A DNA stretch of 64,000 nucleotides from Gemmatimonadales bacterium. GTDB lineage: Bacteria > Gemmatimonadota > Gemmatimonadetes > Gemmatimonadales > GWC2-71-9. Of this stretch, positions 21,309 through 32,607 are shown one piece after another. Made by a program: the position numbers and the translations under genes. Under the pieces are notes generated by a model, which saw only the letters and a program-made list of their open reading frames with translations, ran no database searches and was not told the origin of the DNA. How positions within the stretch are numbered: the stretch's first letter is position 1; every line of letters begins with the position of its first letter. The stretch lies in assembly GCA_035637455.1 (NCBI GenBank), contig DASPXE010000098.1:16783-80782 (forward strand). The letters run 5' to 3'.

Positions 21309-21805
21309 GGCGGCGCGTGGCGCTCGTGGGCGCCGGCGTGGTGGTGGCGTTGAGCGCCGCCCTGCTGCTACCGCGCGCCGCCCGGCGCGCGGCCGCGCGA
21401 CGCCTGCTCGACGCGCTCGCAGCCGTTCCGCTCGGCGCGCCGCTCGATTCCCTGCACGCCGCGCTGCCCTCGCTCTATTGCAGCGGCATGATGCACGGGA
21501 TGCACGGCGACCCAGCCGGCCACGAGCAGATGTGCGCGGCGGACGCGGACGGCCGCGACGTGAACGTGACGACGCGGGACGGGCGGCTCGCGGCGATCAC
21601 CGTGGTGGCTTTCGGCCGGGACATGGCGGACGTGACGGCGTGGGCGCGAAGCCGGCTCGGTGCGCCGGCGGGCGCGTGCATCGGAGACAGAGGGCCCGTG
21701 GAGTGGTGGACGGCGGGGGATCGGATCGTGACGGTGACGCGGGCGGCGGCGGGCGCGCGCAGCCGGGAGCTCGTCATCCGGCCAGGGCCGGCCTGCCCCA
21801 GCTGA
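21305..21805 (+). CDS. hypothetical membrane-anchored protein
   Basis: 166 aa. ATGA overlap with the trpE stop. One N-terminal TM helix (VALVGAGVVVALSAALLL). No recognised family. Confidence 0.45.
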   Translation: MRRRVALVGAGVVVALSAALLLPRAARRAAARRLLDALAAVPLGAPLDSLHAALPSLYCSGMMHGMHGDPAGHEQMCAADADGRDVNVTTRDGRLAAITVVAFGRDMADVTAWARSRLGAPAGACIGDRGPVEWWTAGDRIVTVTRAAAGARSRELVIRPGPACPS

Positions 21806-21839
21806 AGCCGGCGACGCGAAATGCGATATATTCCCGCTT

Positions 21840-23453
21840 GTGTTTAAGCTGCTGAGCACGACGGGCGATCAGGCGATCGACCTCCAGCCCGGCCGGACCG
21901 TCGTGGTGGGGCGGGCCGTCACCAGCGACGTTCCGATTTACGACCCCACCATCTCCCGCCGGCACGCCGAGCTCCGCCTCACCGACGGTGGAGTGCAGGT
22001 CAAGGACGCCGGCTCCTCCAACGGCACGTTTCTGAACGGGGCCCGCGTCACCGAGGCCGTCGCCGGCGAAAACGACGTCATCACCTTCGGGAACGTCGCG
22101 TTCCGCGTGAAAAGCGTGACCGCGCCGGCACCGCGCCCTCAGGTCGTGGCGTCGCTCCCCGCCGAGTTCGGCGGCAAGCCCGGCGCCGGCACGATCGTGC
22201 GCCAGCTCCCGGTGACGCACTCGGGCGGCGTCCCGGCGATCGTCGTCGACCGCGCGTCGGGCGCGTCGCACCTCAAGGTCGCGGCCCAGACGCTCGAGGA
22301 ACGGCGCGAGAAGAAGCTGTCGCTGCTGTTGGAGATCTCCAAGGAGCTGTCGAAGCAGCAGGAGCTCGATCGGCTGCTCGACAAGGTGGTGGACTTCACG
22401 TTCCAGATCATGAACGTGGACCGCGTGTCCATCCTGCTGCTCGAGGATAAGACGGGGGAGCTGGTGCCGCGGGTCTCGAAGGGGAAGACCGGCTCCGCGG
22501 CGGCGTCGAAGCACGTGCCGCAGTCGATCGCCCGCAAGGCCGTGGAGGAGCGCGTCGCTATCCTTTCCGACAACGCCGCCGCCGACGAACGCTTCAAGGG
22601 CAAGTCGATTCTGATCCAGAGCGTGCGCAGCGCCATGTGCACCCCGCTCATGGGAACGGACCAGCAGGTGCTCGGGATCCTGTACGTCGACAACCTCACC
22701 GCCACCCACTCCTTCGCCGACGAAGACCTCGAGTTCCTGATCGCCTTCGGGTCGCTCGCGGCCGTCGGGATCGAGAACTCGCGACGCTCCGAGCGGTTAC
22801 AACGTGAGGCGCTGGTGTTGTCGAACTTTCAGCGCTACTTCTCCCCGAACATTGCCGCGGTTATCGCGCAGCAGCAGGATGCCGGTAAGCTCCCGAGTCA
22901 AAAGCGCCCCGTCGTCATCTTCTTTTCCGATATCCGCGGCTTCACACCGCTGTCGGAGACGATGAGCCCGGACGACATCGCCACGCTGCTCAATTCGTAC
23001 TTAACGGAGATGGTAGAGATCGTGTTCGAGCACGGCGGCACGCTCGACAAGTTCATAGGCGATGCGATCATGGCGTTGTGGGGCGCGCCCATCGCCCACG
23101 AGGACGACGCCGACCGCGCTATGCGCTGCGCGCTCGATCAGCTGGCAGCGCTCCAGAAGCTCAACGCGAAGTGGAAGGAGCAGGGTCGCCCCGAGCTCGG
23201 CATCGGGCTCGGCATCAACTTTGGCGAAGTATTCGCGGGCAACGTCGGCTCGGATCGGCGCCTCGAGTATACCGTGATCGGCGACGCGGTGAATACTGCC
23301 AAGCGCCTCTGCGACACCGCCGGGGCCAACGAGATCCTCATCTCGGAGCCCTTCTACCAGCAGCTGAAGCAACCCCCAAAGGTCGATCCCCTCGAGCCTA
23401 TCCACGTCAAAGGCAAGTCGAAGACGGTCCCGGTCTACCGCGTGAAGCGGTAA
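21840..23453 (+). CDS. FHA-GAF-class III adenylate/guanylate cyclase
   Basis: 537 aa, GTG start. FHA domain (GR....D..I.DPTISRRHAEL...V.D.GSSNGTFLNG). GAF domain. Cyclase domain VVIFFSDIRGFTPLSE...KFIGDAIMALWGAP...GINFGEVFAGNVGS..RLEYTVIGDAVNTAKRL. Confidence 0.88.
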   Translation: MFKLLSTTGDQAIDLQPGRTVVVGRAVTSDVPIYDPTISRRHAELRLTDGGVQVKDAGSSNGTFLNGARVTEAVAGENDVITFGNVAFRVKSVTAPAPRPQVVASLPAEFGGKPGAGTIVRQLPVTHSGGVPAIVVDRASGASHLKVAAQTLEERREKKLSLLLEISKELSKQQELDRLLDKVVDFTFQIMNVDRVSILLLEDKTGELVPRVSKGKTGSAAASKHVPQSIARKAVEERVAILSDNAAADERFKGKSILIQSVRSAMCTPLMGTDQQVLGILYVDNLTATHSFADEDLEFLIAFGSLAAVGIENSRRSERLQREALVLSNFQRYFSPNIAAVIAQQQDAGKLPSQKRPVVIFFSDIRGFTPLSETMSPDDIATLLNSYLTEMVEIVFEHGGTLDKFIGDAIMALWGAPIAHEDDADRAMRCALDQLAALQKLNAKWKEQGRPELGIGLGINFGEVFAGNVGSDRRLEYTVIGDAVNTAKRLCDTAGANEILISEPFYQQLKQPPKVDPLEPIHVKGKSKTVPVYRVKR

Positions 23454-24010
23454 GGCAGGCCGAACCGCTCGAGCAGCTCGAGCGCGAGCCGCAGCGGCAG
23501 GCCCATCACGCCGAAAAAGTCGCCGCGGATCCCCTCCACCAGCGCGGCGCCCTTCCCCTGGATCGCGTAGGCGCCCGCCTTGTCCATCGGCTCCCCCGTC
23601 GCGACGTACGCGGCGATCTGATCCCCCGACAGCGGCCGGAACGTCACATCGGTGACGTCGACCGCGTGCTCGAGTCGCCCGTCGCGCGCGACCGCGACCG
23701 CCGTCATCACCTGATGGGTGCGCCCGGCGAGCTGCGCCAGCATCTCGACCGCGGCGGCGGGCGTCTGCGGCTTCTCGAAGACTTCGCCGCGCAGCACCAC
23801 CGTCGTGTCGGCTGCCAGCACGACCGCGCCGCGCTCGCGCCCGGCCACGACGCGCGCCTTCTCGCGGGCGAGACGCGTGACGTACCGCTCGGGCAGCTCC
23901 GAGCCCTGCCGCGTCTCGTCCACGTTCGGAGCGACGACGCGGAACTCGACGCCCAGCATCTCGAGCAGCTGGCGCCGCCGGGGCGACCCGCTCGCGAGAA
24001 CGAGGCTCAC
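23435..24010 (-). CDS. maf: Maf-like nucleoside triphosphate pyrophosphatase
   Basis: 191 aa. [28 protein letters not shown]. Its 3' end overlaps the convergent cyclase gene by 19 nt. Confidence 0.9.
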   Translation of the reverse strand: MSLVLASGSPRRRQLLEMLGVEFRVVAPNVDETRQGSELPERYVTRLAREKARVVAGRERGAVVLAADTTVVLRGEVFEKPQTPAAAVEMLAQLAGRTHQVMTAVAVARDGRLEHAVDVTDVTFRPLSGDQIAAYVATGEPMDKAGAYAIQGKGAALVEGIRGDFFGVMGLPLRLALELLERFGLPYRFTR

Positions 24011-24462
24011 CGCTCCAGCACCAGCGTCACCGGTCCATCGTTCACCAGCTCCACCTCCATCATCGCGCCGAACTCGCCGGTTTCCACCTGGGTTCCGCTC
24101 CCCGCGCCCCGCTCCCGGAGGAGCGCGACGAAGCGCTCGTACAGGGGAATCGCCACCTCGGGCGGCGCCGCGTCGATGAAGCTGGGTCGCCGCCCCTTGC
24201 GCGCGTCACCGTACAGCGTGAACTGCGACACCACCAGCAGGGCCCCGGCCACGTCGGCGAGGGCGAGGTTCATCTTCCCCTCGGCGTCGCCGAACAGCCG
24301 CAGGCCGAGCAGCTTGTCCGCCATCCAGGCGAGCTGGTCCTCCGTGTCCGATGGGGCGAAGCCAGCGAGGACTAGGAACCCCACCCCGATCTTCCCGGCC
24401 ACTCTCCCGTCCACGCGTACTTCGGCTCGCGAGACACGCTGCAGCACGACCCTCACCGCCAC
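24007..24462 (-). CDS. dtd: D-aminoacyl-tRNA deacylase
   Basis: 151 aa. [40 protein letters not shown]. Confidence 0.93.
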   Translation of the reverse strand: MAVRVVLQRVSRAEVRVDGRVAGKIGVGFLVLAGFAPSDTEDQLAWMADKLLGLRLFGDAEGKMNLALADVAGALLVVSQFTLYGDARKGRRPSFIDAAPPEVAIPLYERFVALLRERGAGSGTQVETGEFGAMMEVELVNDGPVTLVLER

Positions 24463-24467
24463 GCCCT

Positions 24468-24587
24468 AATGCGGAGTGCGGAATGCGGAATGCGGAATTG
24501 AGGGGGCGAGTTCGATCCAGGGAGCCCGCTCACGGCCCCGACGGCAGCGCGATCCATTCCGCATTCCGCACTCCGCATTCCGCATTC
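24468..24587. repeat. hairpin element: inverted arms of 4 tandem heptamers (RRTGCGG / CCGCAYT)
   Basis: Left arm 24468-24498 is aatgcgg agtgcgg aatgcgg aatgcgg aatt. Right arm 24556-24587 is attccgc attccgc actccgc attccgc att. ~57-nt loop. Fills the glmS-dtd intergenic gap. Confidence 0.85.
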
Positions 24588-24590
24588 GAT

Positions 24591-26407
<1,817 letters not shown>

Positions 26408-26423
<16 letters not shown>

Positions 26424-27811
26424 AGTCGCCGTCCCTCGTCGACCAGCTGCTGCGCTGCTGCGCCGGTCGGCGCTTCGGCGATCAGCCGGACGATCGGCTC
26501 GGTGTTCGAGGGCCGCACATGGAGCCAGCGGTCTCGCCAGGCGAGCCGCAGCCCGTCCTGGGTGTCCACCTGTGCGTCGGCGAACCGCTGCCGCAGCGCC
26601 AGGTACACCGGCTCGAGCGCAGGGCCGCGGGGCGTTTTCGCCTTGACAATCGTATAGCGCGGCGCTGCCGCCACCAGCTCGCTCACCGTCTGCTCCGTGC
26701 GCGCGAGCAGCTCCAAGGCCAGCGCCGCCGCGACGGGCGCGTCCCGGCCGGCGTGCAGCGCGGGGTACATCACGCCGCCGTTCCCCTCCCCGCCGATGAC
26801 GGCCGCAAGCCGCACGATCGCCCGTGCGACATGTACCTCGCCGACCGGTGTTCGCACGACCTGCGCGCCGACCTCGCGGGCGGCGTCTTCGACGACGAGG
26901 CTGGTGGACAGATTACACACTACCACCCGTGTCTCGGAGTGCGTCTCCCGTTTCCCGCCCAGCACCGTCCGCACCGCGAAGGCGAGCGTATAATCCTCTC
27001 CGATCGGGGCGCCGTTTTCGTCCACGATCGCCAGCCGGTCGACGTCCGGGTCCACCGCGATCCCGAGGTCGGCCCCGCTGCGCCGCACCAGCGCGGACAG
27101 CTCGCCCAAGTTCTCCGGCACTGGCTCCGGCGCTCGGGGGAACTGGCCGTCGGTTTCCAGGTTGATGCCCGTCACCGTGCAGCCGAGCCGCTCCAGCAGC
27201 GTGCGCATCACCGGCCCGCCGGCCCCGCGGACCGCGTCGAGCGCGACGGCGAACTTTCTCTTCTTGATGCGCTCGACGTCGATCGCCGAGAGCTCGAGGA
27301 CGGCGTCGAGGTGCCGCTCGACCGCACCGGGATCCGTCTTAAGGTTCCCCCCTTCCCCCTTCCCCCTTCCCCGGCCTTCGACCGTCGTTTCGACCGCCAG
27401 CCTCTGCACCCGCGCCCCGTCCGGTCCGTCGAGAAAGATGCCGTCCGGTCCGATGAACTTGAGGGCGTTCCATTCGATCGGGTTGTGGCTCGCCGTGATG
27501 ACGATCCCGCCGCCCGCCCGGTGGTGCTCCACGGCGAGCTGCACGGTGGGCGTCGGCACGAGACCCACGTCGATCACGTCGCAGCCCGCGGCGGCGAGCC
27601 CGGCAATCGCCGCCCGGGCGAACGCGGGGCCGGACGTGCGCGCATCGCGCCCGATCACGACGGTGGTGCCGCCACTGCGCCGCTCGCCGTTCCCCGCAGC
27701 GACGATCCAGGCGCCGAAGGCGTGTGCCCAGCGGCTCACCACGTCGTCGGTCAGGTCCTTGCCGACGATCCCGCGCACGCCGGATACGCTGACCATGAGG
27801 GTGTCGGTCAT
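26408..27811 (-). CDS. glmM: phosphoglucosamine mutase / phosphohexomutase family
   Basis: 467 aa. Active-site ITASHNP. 16-nt overlap with glmS supports a GlmM role. Carries a GRGRGKGEGG insertion. Confidence 0.8.
27347..27372 (-). repeat. (GGGGGAA)x3-type heptamer tract on the coding strand of glmM; G-quadruplex-type motif
   Basis: The + strand reads ccccccttcccccttcccccttcccc. The minus strand reads ggggaagggggaagggggaagggggg and encodes GRGRGKGEGGN. Confidence 0.85.
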
Positions 27812-27857
27812 GGGCGCAACGTAGAAACGCGAGGACGACGCGTCAATCGGACGCGCG

Positions 27858-28940
27858 TCAAGTGCGTGGGGCTTCGAGCGACCGGGCCGGCAGGCGCAAC
27901 GGCCGGGCGTCCGGCGTGGTGACGGGGAGCGCGGCGCGATCGAAGGCGTCGAGGAACGCCGCCACCGCTCGGGGGTCGAACTGCACCCCCTTCATGTCCT
28001 CGAGCTCCTGCATCGCCCGCTGGACGGAGAGCGCGGGGCGGTACGGCCGCACGCTCGTCATCGCGTCGAACGAGTCCGCCACCGTCACGATGCGGACCTC
28101 GAGCGGAATCGCGTCCCCTTTGAGGCCGTCGGGGAAGCCCTTGCCGTCGAGTCGCTCGTGATGCGAGCGGACGATGGCGAGCGCCGCGGGCGCGTCCCGC
28201 ATCAGCGGCCCCAGGATGCGGGCGCCGATGACGGGGTGCTCCATGATGTGCCGGTACTCGGCTTCGCTGAGCTTGCCGGCCTTGTGGAGCACCGCCTCGC
28301 TCACCCCGATCTTGCCGATATCGTGCAGCTCAGCGCCGAGGGCGATCATGTCGATCGAGTCCAGGCCGAGCTGCAGCTGCCGGCCCATCCCGAGGGCGTA
28401 GTTCGCGACCCGGACCGAGTGGCCGCGGGTGTAGGGGTCCTTTTCTTCGAGAAAATGCACCAGGGCCTGGAGCCGCTCGAGCGACAGCTCTTCGATGCGG
28501 TGCGCCTGCTCCTGGACCCGCTCCTCGAGCTGGTGCTGGTACATCCGGTTCTCCAGGATGAGGCGGCGCTTGTCGAGCGCCTGCATCACGCGCGCCCGCA
28601 CCTCATCCAGGTGGAACGGCTTCGCCACGTAGTCAAGCGCGCCCAGCTGGAGGCATGCGACCGCGCTCTCGACCTCGGCCACAGCGGTCACGACGATCAT
28701 CGCGGTATCCGGCCAGCGGGCGAGGATCTCCCGCAGCAGCGTGACGCCGTCCATCTGCGGCATCCGCAAGTCGGAGATGACGAGCGGCACGGGGTCGGCG
28801 TGCATCCGCTCCAGCGCCTCGGTGCCGGAGCCCGCCTCCGCGCAGGTGAACCCTTCCCCTTCGAGCAGGCGGATCAGCACGCGTCGCAGGCGCGGTTCGT
28901 CGTCCACAACGAGGCATTTCACGGCATTGGGTTGCGGCAT
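27858..28940 (-). CDS. response regulator with HD-GYP phosphodiesterase domain (RpfG-like)
   Basis: 360 aa. Receiver CLVVDDE...LVISDLRMPQMDG. HD-GYP domain HSVRVA...LHDIGK...HHERLDGKGFPDGL. Confidence 0.9.
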   Translation of the reverse strand: MPQPNAVKCLVVDDEPRLRRVLIRLLEGEGFTCAEAGSGTEALERMHADPVPLVISDLRMPQMDGVTLLREILARWPDTAMIVVTAVAEVESAVACLQLGALDYVAKPFHLDEVRARVMQALDKRRLILENRMYQHQLEERVQEQAHRIEELSLERLQALVHFLEEKDPYTRGHSVRVANYALGMGRQLQLGLDSIDMIALGAELHDIGKIGVSEAVLHKAGKLSEAEYRHIMEHPVIGARILGPLMRDAPAALAIVRSHHERLDGKGFPDGLKGDAIPLEVRIVTVADSFDAMTSVRPYRPALSVQRAMQELEDMKGVQFDPRAVAAFLDAFDRAALPVTTPDARPLRLPARSLEAPRT

Positions 28941-28999
28941 CGGTGCTTAACGTAAAGGTCGCTTGCTCGGCGCGGAAGGCGCCCTTACGTTCCCGCTAT

Positions 29000-30172
29000 A
29001 TGACCAAGGTATCGACCGACGACCTCACTACGCGTTTCGGGACGCGCGCGGTGCACGCCGGGCACATCCCCGATCCGCTGGCGGGCGCCGTCATGACGCC
29101 GATTTATCAGACTTCCACTTACATCCAAGAGGGCCTCGGCAAACACAAGGGCTACGAGTACGCGCGCACCCGCAACCCGACCCGCGAGGTACTCGAGCGC
29201 AACATCGCGGCGCTCGAAGGCGGCCGCCACGGCTTCGCATTCGCCTCGGGCCTGGCCGCGGTGGATGCCGTGCTCAAGCTGCTGTCGCACGGGGATCACG
29301 TCGTGAGCGGCGAGAACGTATACGGCGGCACGCACCGGCAAATGACTCATATCTGGGCCCGCCACGGGCTGGAATTCAGCTTCGTGGATGCCGCAGACGC
29401 CGGCAACGTCGCCGCCGCCGTGACGCCGCGCACCCGGCTGATCTACGCCGAGACGCCGACCAACCCGATGATGCGGCTGTGCGACCTCCAGGCCGTGGGC
29501 GAAATCGCGCGCGACGCGAATGCGTTGTGCGTGGTGGACAACACGTTCGCGACGCCCTGCTTCCAACGGCCGCTCGAGCTGGGCGCCGACATCGTGCTCC
29601 ACTCGACCACTAAATACCTGAACGGCCACAGCGACATGGTCGGCGGAGTGGTGGTCGTGAACTCCGACGACCTCGCCGAGCGGATCGGCTTCATCCAGAA
29701 CGCGTCGGGCGCCGTGCCGGGGCCGTTCGACTGCTGGCTCGCGCTCCGCGGCACCAAGACGCTCGCCCTCCGCATGCGGCAGCACGACGCCAACGGCCGC
29801 CGCATCGCCGAGTGGCTCACCAAGCATCCCAAGGTGCAGCGGGTCTACTACCCTGGCCTGCCCTCCCATCCCCAGCACGAGCTCGCCTGCCGCCAGATGA
29901 AGGGCTTCGGCGGCATGATCTCGATCGAGCTGGGCTCGGTGGAGCGCGCGCGCCGCTTCGTAGAGCGCACCAAGCTCTTCGCGCTGGCCGAGTCGCTGGG
30001 CGGGGTGGAGAGCCTCGTCGGCCATCCGGCCTCGATGACGCACGCCAGCGTGCCGCCCGAGATGCGGCGCGCGATGGGCCTCACCGACAGCTTGGTGCGA
30101 CTCTCGGTCGGCATTGAAGACGTGGACGACCTGATCGCGGACCTGGAGCAGGCGCTGGACGCCGCCGGATGA
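29000..30172 (+). CDS. Cys/Met-metabolism PLP enzyme (cystathionine beta-lyase/gamma-synthase/gamma-lyase family)
   Basis: 390 aa from the ATG at 29000. [18 protein letters not shown]-Lys in HSTTKYLNGHSD, C-terminal RLSVGIED. Confidence 0.88.
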   Translation: MTKVSTDDLTTRFGTRAVHAGHIPDPLAGAVMTPIYQTSTYIQEGLGKHKGYEYARTRNPTREVLERNIAALEGGRHGFAFASGLAAVDAVLKLLSHGDHVVSGENVYGGTHRQMTHIWARHGLEFSFVDAADAGNVAAAVTPRTRLIYAETPTNPMMRLCDLQAVGEIARDANALCVVDNTFATPCFQRPLELGADIVLHSTTKYLNGHSDMVGGVVVVNSDDLAERIGFIQNASGAVPGPFDCWLALRGTKTLALRMRQHDANGRRIAEWLTKHPKVQRVYYPGLPSHPQHELACRQMKGFGGMISIELGSVERARRFVERTKLFALAESLGGVESLVGHPASMTHASVPPEMRRAMGLTDSLVRLSVGIEDVDDLIADLEQALDAAG

Positions 30173-30316
30173 GGTCGCGGCTGAAGCCGCGGCTCGGCTC
30201 TGCCCGTAAACGGGCGCGCCGCTTCAGCGGCAGTGCCGAGCCGCGAGTTCACTCGCGAAACACCGGAGGACGGGCAACGTAGTGGCGTTTTACCTTATCA
30301 TCAGCAGGAGCATCGC

Positions 30317-31315
30317 ATGACTGATCCCACGAGCCTTCCCGCCGCGCGCCCCCGCAGGATCCTCACGCAGATCGCGCCGGTCGCGTGGGAGCACCCGGCG
30401 GACCGCGCGGCGCTGCAGACGCTGCGCTCCGTCCCCGGCTTCGACGAGGTGGTAAAGAAGATCTACGGGTTCTTCGGCGAGCGGGGGATCCGCTTGCTGT
30501 TCCAGGCCGACGCCGTCCGGGTCGGCCCGACCCAATTTCCCCGCCTGAACCAGCTGTACACCGACGTGGTCACGTCGATGGACTGGCCGGACCGGCCCGA
30601 GCTGTTCGTGTCGCAAACGCCGTTTGCGAACGCGGGGGCGTTCGGCATGGACAAGCCCTTCATCGTGATCAACTCGGGCACCCTTAAGCTGCTCGACGAC
30701 GACGAGCTGCGGAACGTGCTGGGGCACGAGCTGGGGCACGTCATGAGCGGGCACGCGTTGTACCACACGATCCTCGTGCTGATCCTGAACGTCAGCCTCG
30801 GGGCGCTGCCGTTTCTCGCCGGCATCGCGATCCTGCCGATCCAGCTGGCGTTGCTCGAGTGGTTCCGCAAGAGCGAGCTCTCGTCCGACCGGGCCGGCCT
30901 GCTCGCGTGCCAGGACCCGACCGCCTCGCTGCGCGTCAACCTGAAGTTCGCCGGCGGCGGCGACATGTCCCAAATGGACCTGAACGCCTTTCTGGCGCAG
31001 GCCAAGGAATACGAGGAGGCGGGCGGTGCGCTCGACCGGGTGTTCAAGATCCTGGGGGTGCTGGGCCGCTCCCACCCCTTCAACACGGTGCGCGCCGCCG
31101 AGCTGCAGCGCTGGATCGAGCAGGGCAACTACGAGCGCATCCTGGGCGGCGAGTACACCCGGCGCGGTCCGGAGGCCGAGCAGCGGCCGATCGACAAGGA
31201 CATCGACGAGGCGCGTGATCACTACATGAAGGAAGCCAAGGCCGTCGTGAACGACGTGGTGGACACCGCCAAGCGGGCGGCCCAGGCGTTCGCGGAGGCG
31301 CTCAAGAAGAAGTGA
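30317..31315 (+). CDS. M48-family zinc metalloprotease
   Basis: 332 aa from the ATG at 30317, preceded by CAGGAG. HExxH in GHELGHVMSGH. TM segment after the motif. Confidence 0.8.
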   Translation: MTDPTSLPAARPRRILTQIAPVAWEHPADRAALQTLRSVPGFDEVVKKIYGFFGERGIRLLFQADAVRVGPTQFPRLNQLYTDVVTSMDWPDRPELFVSQTPFANAGAFGMDKPFIVINSGTLKLLDDDELRNVLGHELGHVMSGHALYHTILVLILNVSLGALPFLAGIAILPIQLALLEWFRKSELSSDRAGLLACQDPTASLRVNLKFAGGGDMSQMDLNAFLAQAKEYEEAGGALDRVFKILGVLGRSHPFNTVRAAELQRWIEQGNYERILGGEYTRRGPEAEQRPIDKDIDEARDHYMKEAKAVVNDVVDTAKRAAQAFAEALKKK

Positions 31316-32607
31316 GAGTCCTGGTCGTCGGCGGGGGCGGCCGCGAGCACGCGCTCTGCTGGGCGCTGAAGCGCGACGCCCCCGAGGCGACCGTGTTCGC
31401 CGCCCCCGGCAACCCCGGCACCGCCCAGCTCGGCACCAATCTGAAGATCGAGGCGGCGGCGGTTGTGAAGGTGGTGGAGGCGGTGCAAGAGCTCCGCATC
31501 GATCTCACCGTCATCGGCCCGGAGGCACCGCTCGCGGCCGGTCTCGCCGACGCCCTCCGGGCCACCGGCCGGCCCGTCTTCGGCCCTGACCGCGCGGCCG
31601 CGCGCATCGAGTCCTCCAAGGCCTTCGCCAAGGACATGATGCGGCGCGCCGGCGTCCCCACGGCCGCGAGCCGGACGTTCGACGCGCTCGACCCCGCCCT
31701 CGCCTACATCCGCGGCCACGCCGCGCCGCTCGTCGTGAAGGCCTCGGGGCTCGCGGCGGGCAAGGGCGCGGTCGTCTGCGCCACCCGCGACGCAGCCGCC
31801 GACACCGCCCGTGCCATGCTCGCCGAGGGAGCGTTCGGCGACGCGGGGCGCGAGATCGTGGTGGAGGAATTCCTCGAGGGCGAAGAGCTTTCGGTGCTGG
31901 CTCTCACCGACGGCGAGCGGATCCTGGTGCTGCCCGCGGCCCAGGACCACAAGCGCTTGAGGGAGGGTGACGCGGGGCCCAACACCGGCGGGATGGGCGC
32001 CTACTGCCCCGTGGGCATCGCCACGGGCGCGCTGCTCGACCGGGTGCGCGAGCAGGTGCTCGAGCCGACGATCCGGGAGCTCGCGGCCCAGGGCGCGTGT
32101 TACCAGGGCGTGCTGTACGCCGGGCTGATGCTTACGGGCGACGGCACCCCCCATGTGCTCGAGTTCAACTGCCGCTTCGGCGATCCGGAGACGCAGGCCC
32201 TGCTCCCGGTGCTGCCCGGCGTGACGCGGCACTTGGTGGAGATCGCGACGGGAGGCTGGCGGCCCGGGCTGACGACGCTCGACGTCACCCGCGCGGCGGT
32301 CTCCACGGTGCTCGCCGCCTCGGGATACCCCGACAAGCCCGAGCGCGGTGCCGCGATCGTCGTGCCGCGCGACGTGGAGCCCGGGACGTTGGTGTTTCAC
32401 GCGGGCACCGACCGCGACCCCGACGGCACGCTGCGGGTGCAGGGCGGCCGGGTGTTCAGCGTCACGGGGTTGGGCGACACGGTGGCCGAGGCCGCCGAGC
32501 GGAGCGCCGCCGCCTGCGAACTGATCGCATTCCAGGGCAAGACCTACCGGCGCGACATCGGCTGGCGGGAGATCAGGAGACAGAGTGCCAGAGCTACCAG
32601 AAGTTGA
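31312..32607 (+). CDS. purD: phosphoribosylamine--glycine ligase
   Basis: 431 aa, GTG start overlapping the upstream stop. VLVVGGGGREHAL, ATP-grasp core, LEFNCRFGDPE. Confidence 0.95.
   Translation: MRVLVVGGGGREHALCWALKRDAPEATVFAAPGNPGTAQLGTNLKIEAAAVVKVVEAVQELRIDLTVIGPEAPLAAGLADALRATGRPVFGPDRAAARIESSKAFAKDMMRRAGVPTAASRTFDALDPALAYIRGHAAPLVVKASGLAAGKGAVVCATRDAAADTARAMLAEGAFGDAGREIVVEEFLEGEELSVLALTDGERILVLPAAQDHKRLREGDAGPNTGGMGAYCPVGIATGALLDRVREQVLEPTIRELAAQGACYQGVLYAGLMLTGDGTPHVLEFNCRFGDPETQALLPVLPGVTRHLVEIATGGWRPGLTTLDVTRAAVSTVLAASGYPDKPERGAAIVVPRDVEPGTLVFHAGTDRDPDGTLRVQGGRVFSVTGLGDTVAEAAERSAAACELIAFQGKTYRRDIGWREIRRQSARATRS

Noticed and set aside
24468-24587. Possible CRISPR array or tRNA-like element (short repeats; the loop contains GAGTTCGATCC, resembling a T-arm).
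   Set aside because: The repeats are 7 nt, directly abutting with no spacers, and mirrored as a hairpin. No acceptor or anticodon stems can be drawn around the T-loop-like string, and no cas genes are present.
26424-27811. Looked for a glmS ribozyme or leader upstream of glmS.
   Set aside because: glmS overlaps the upstream glmM-like gene by 16 nt, leaving no untranslated leader.
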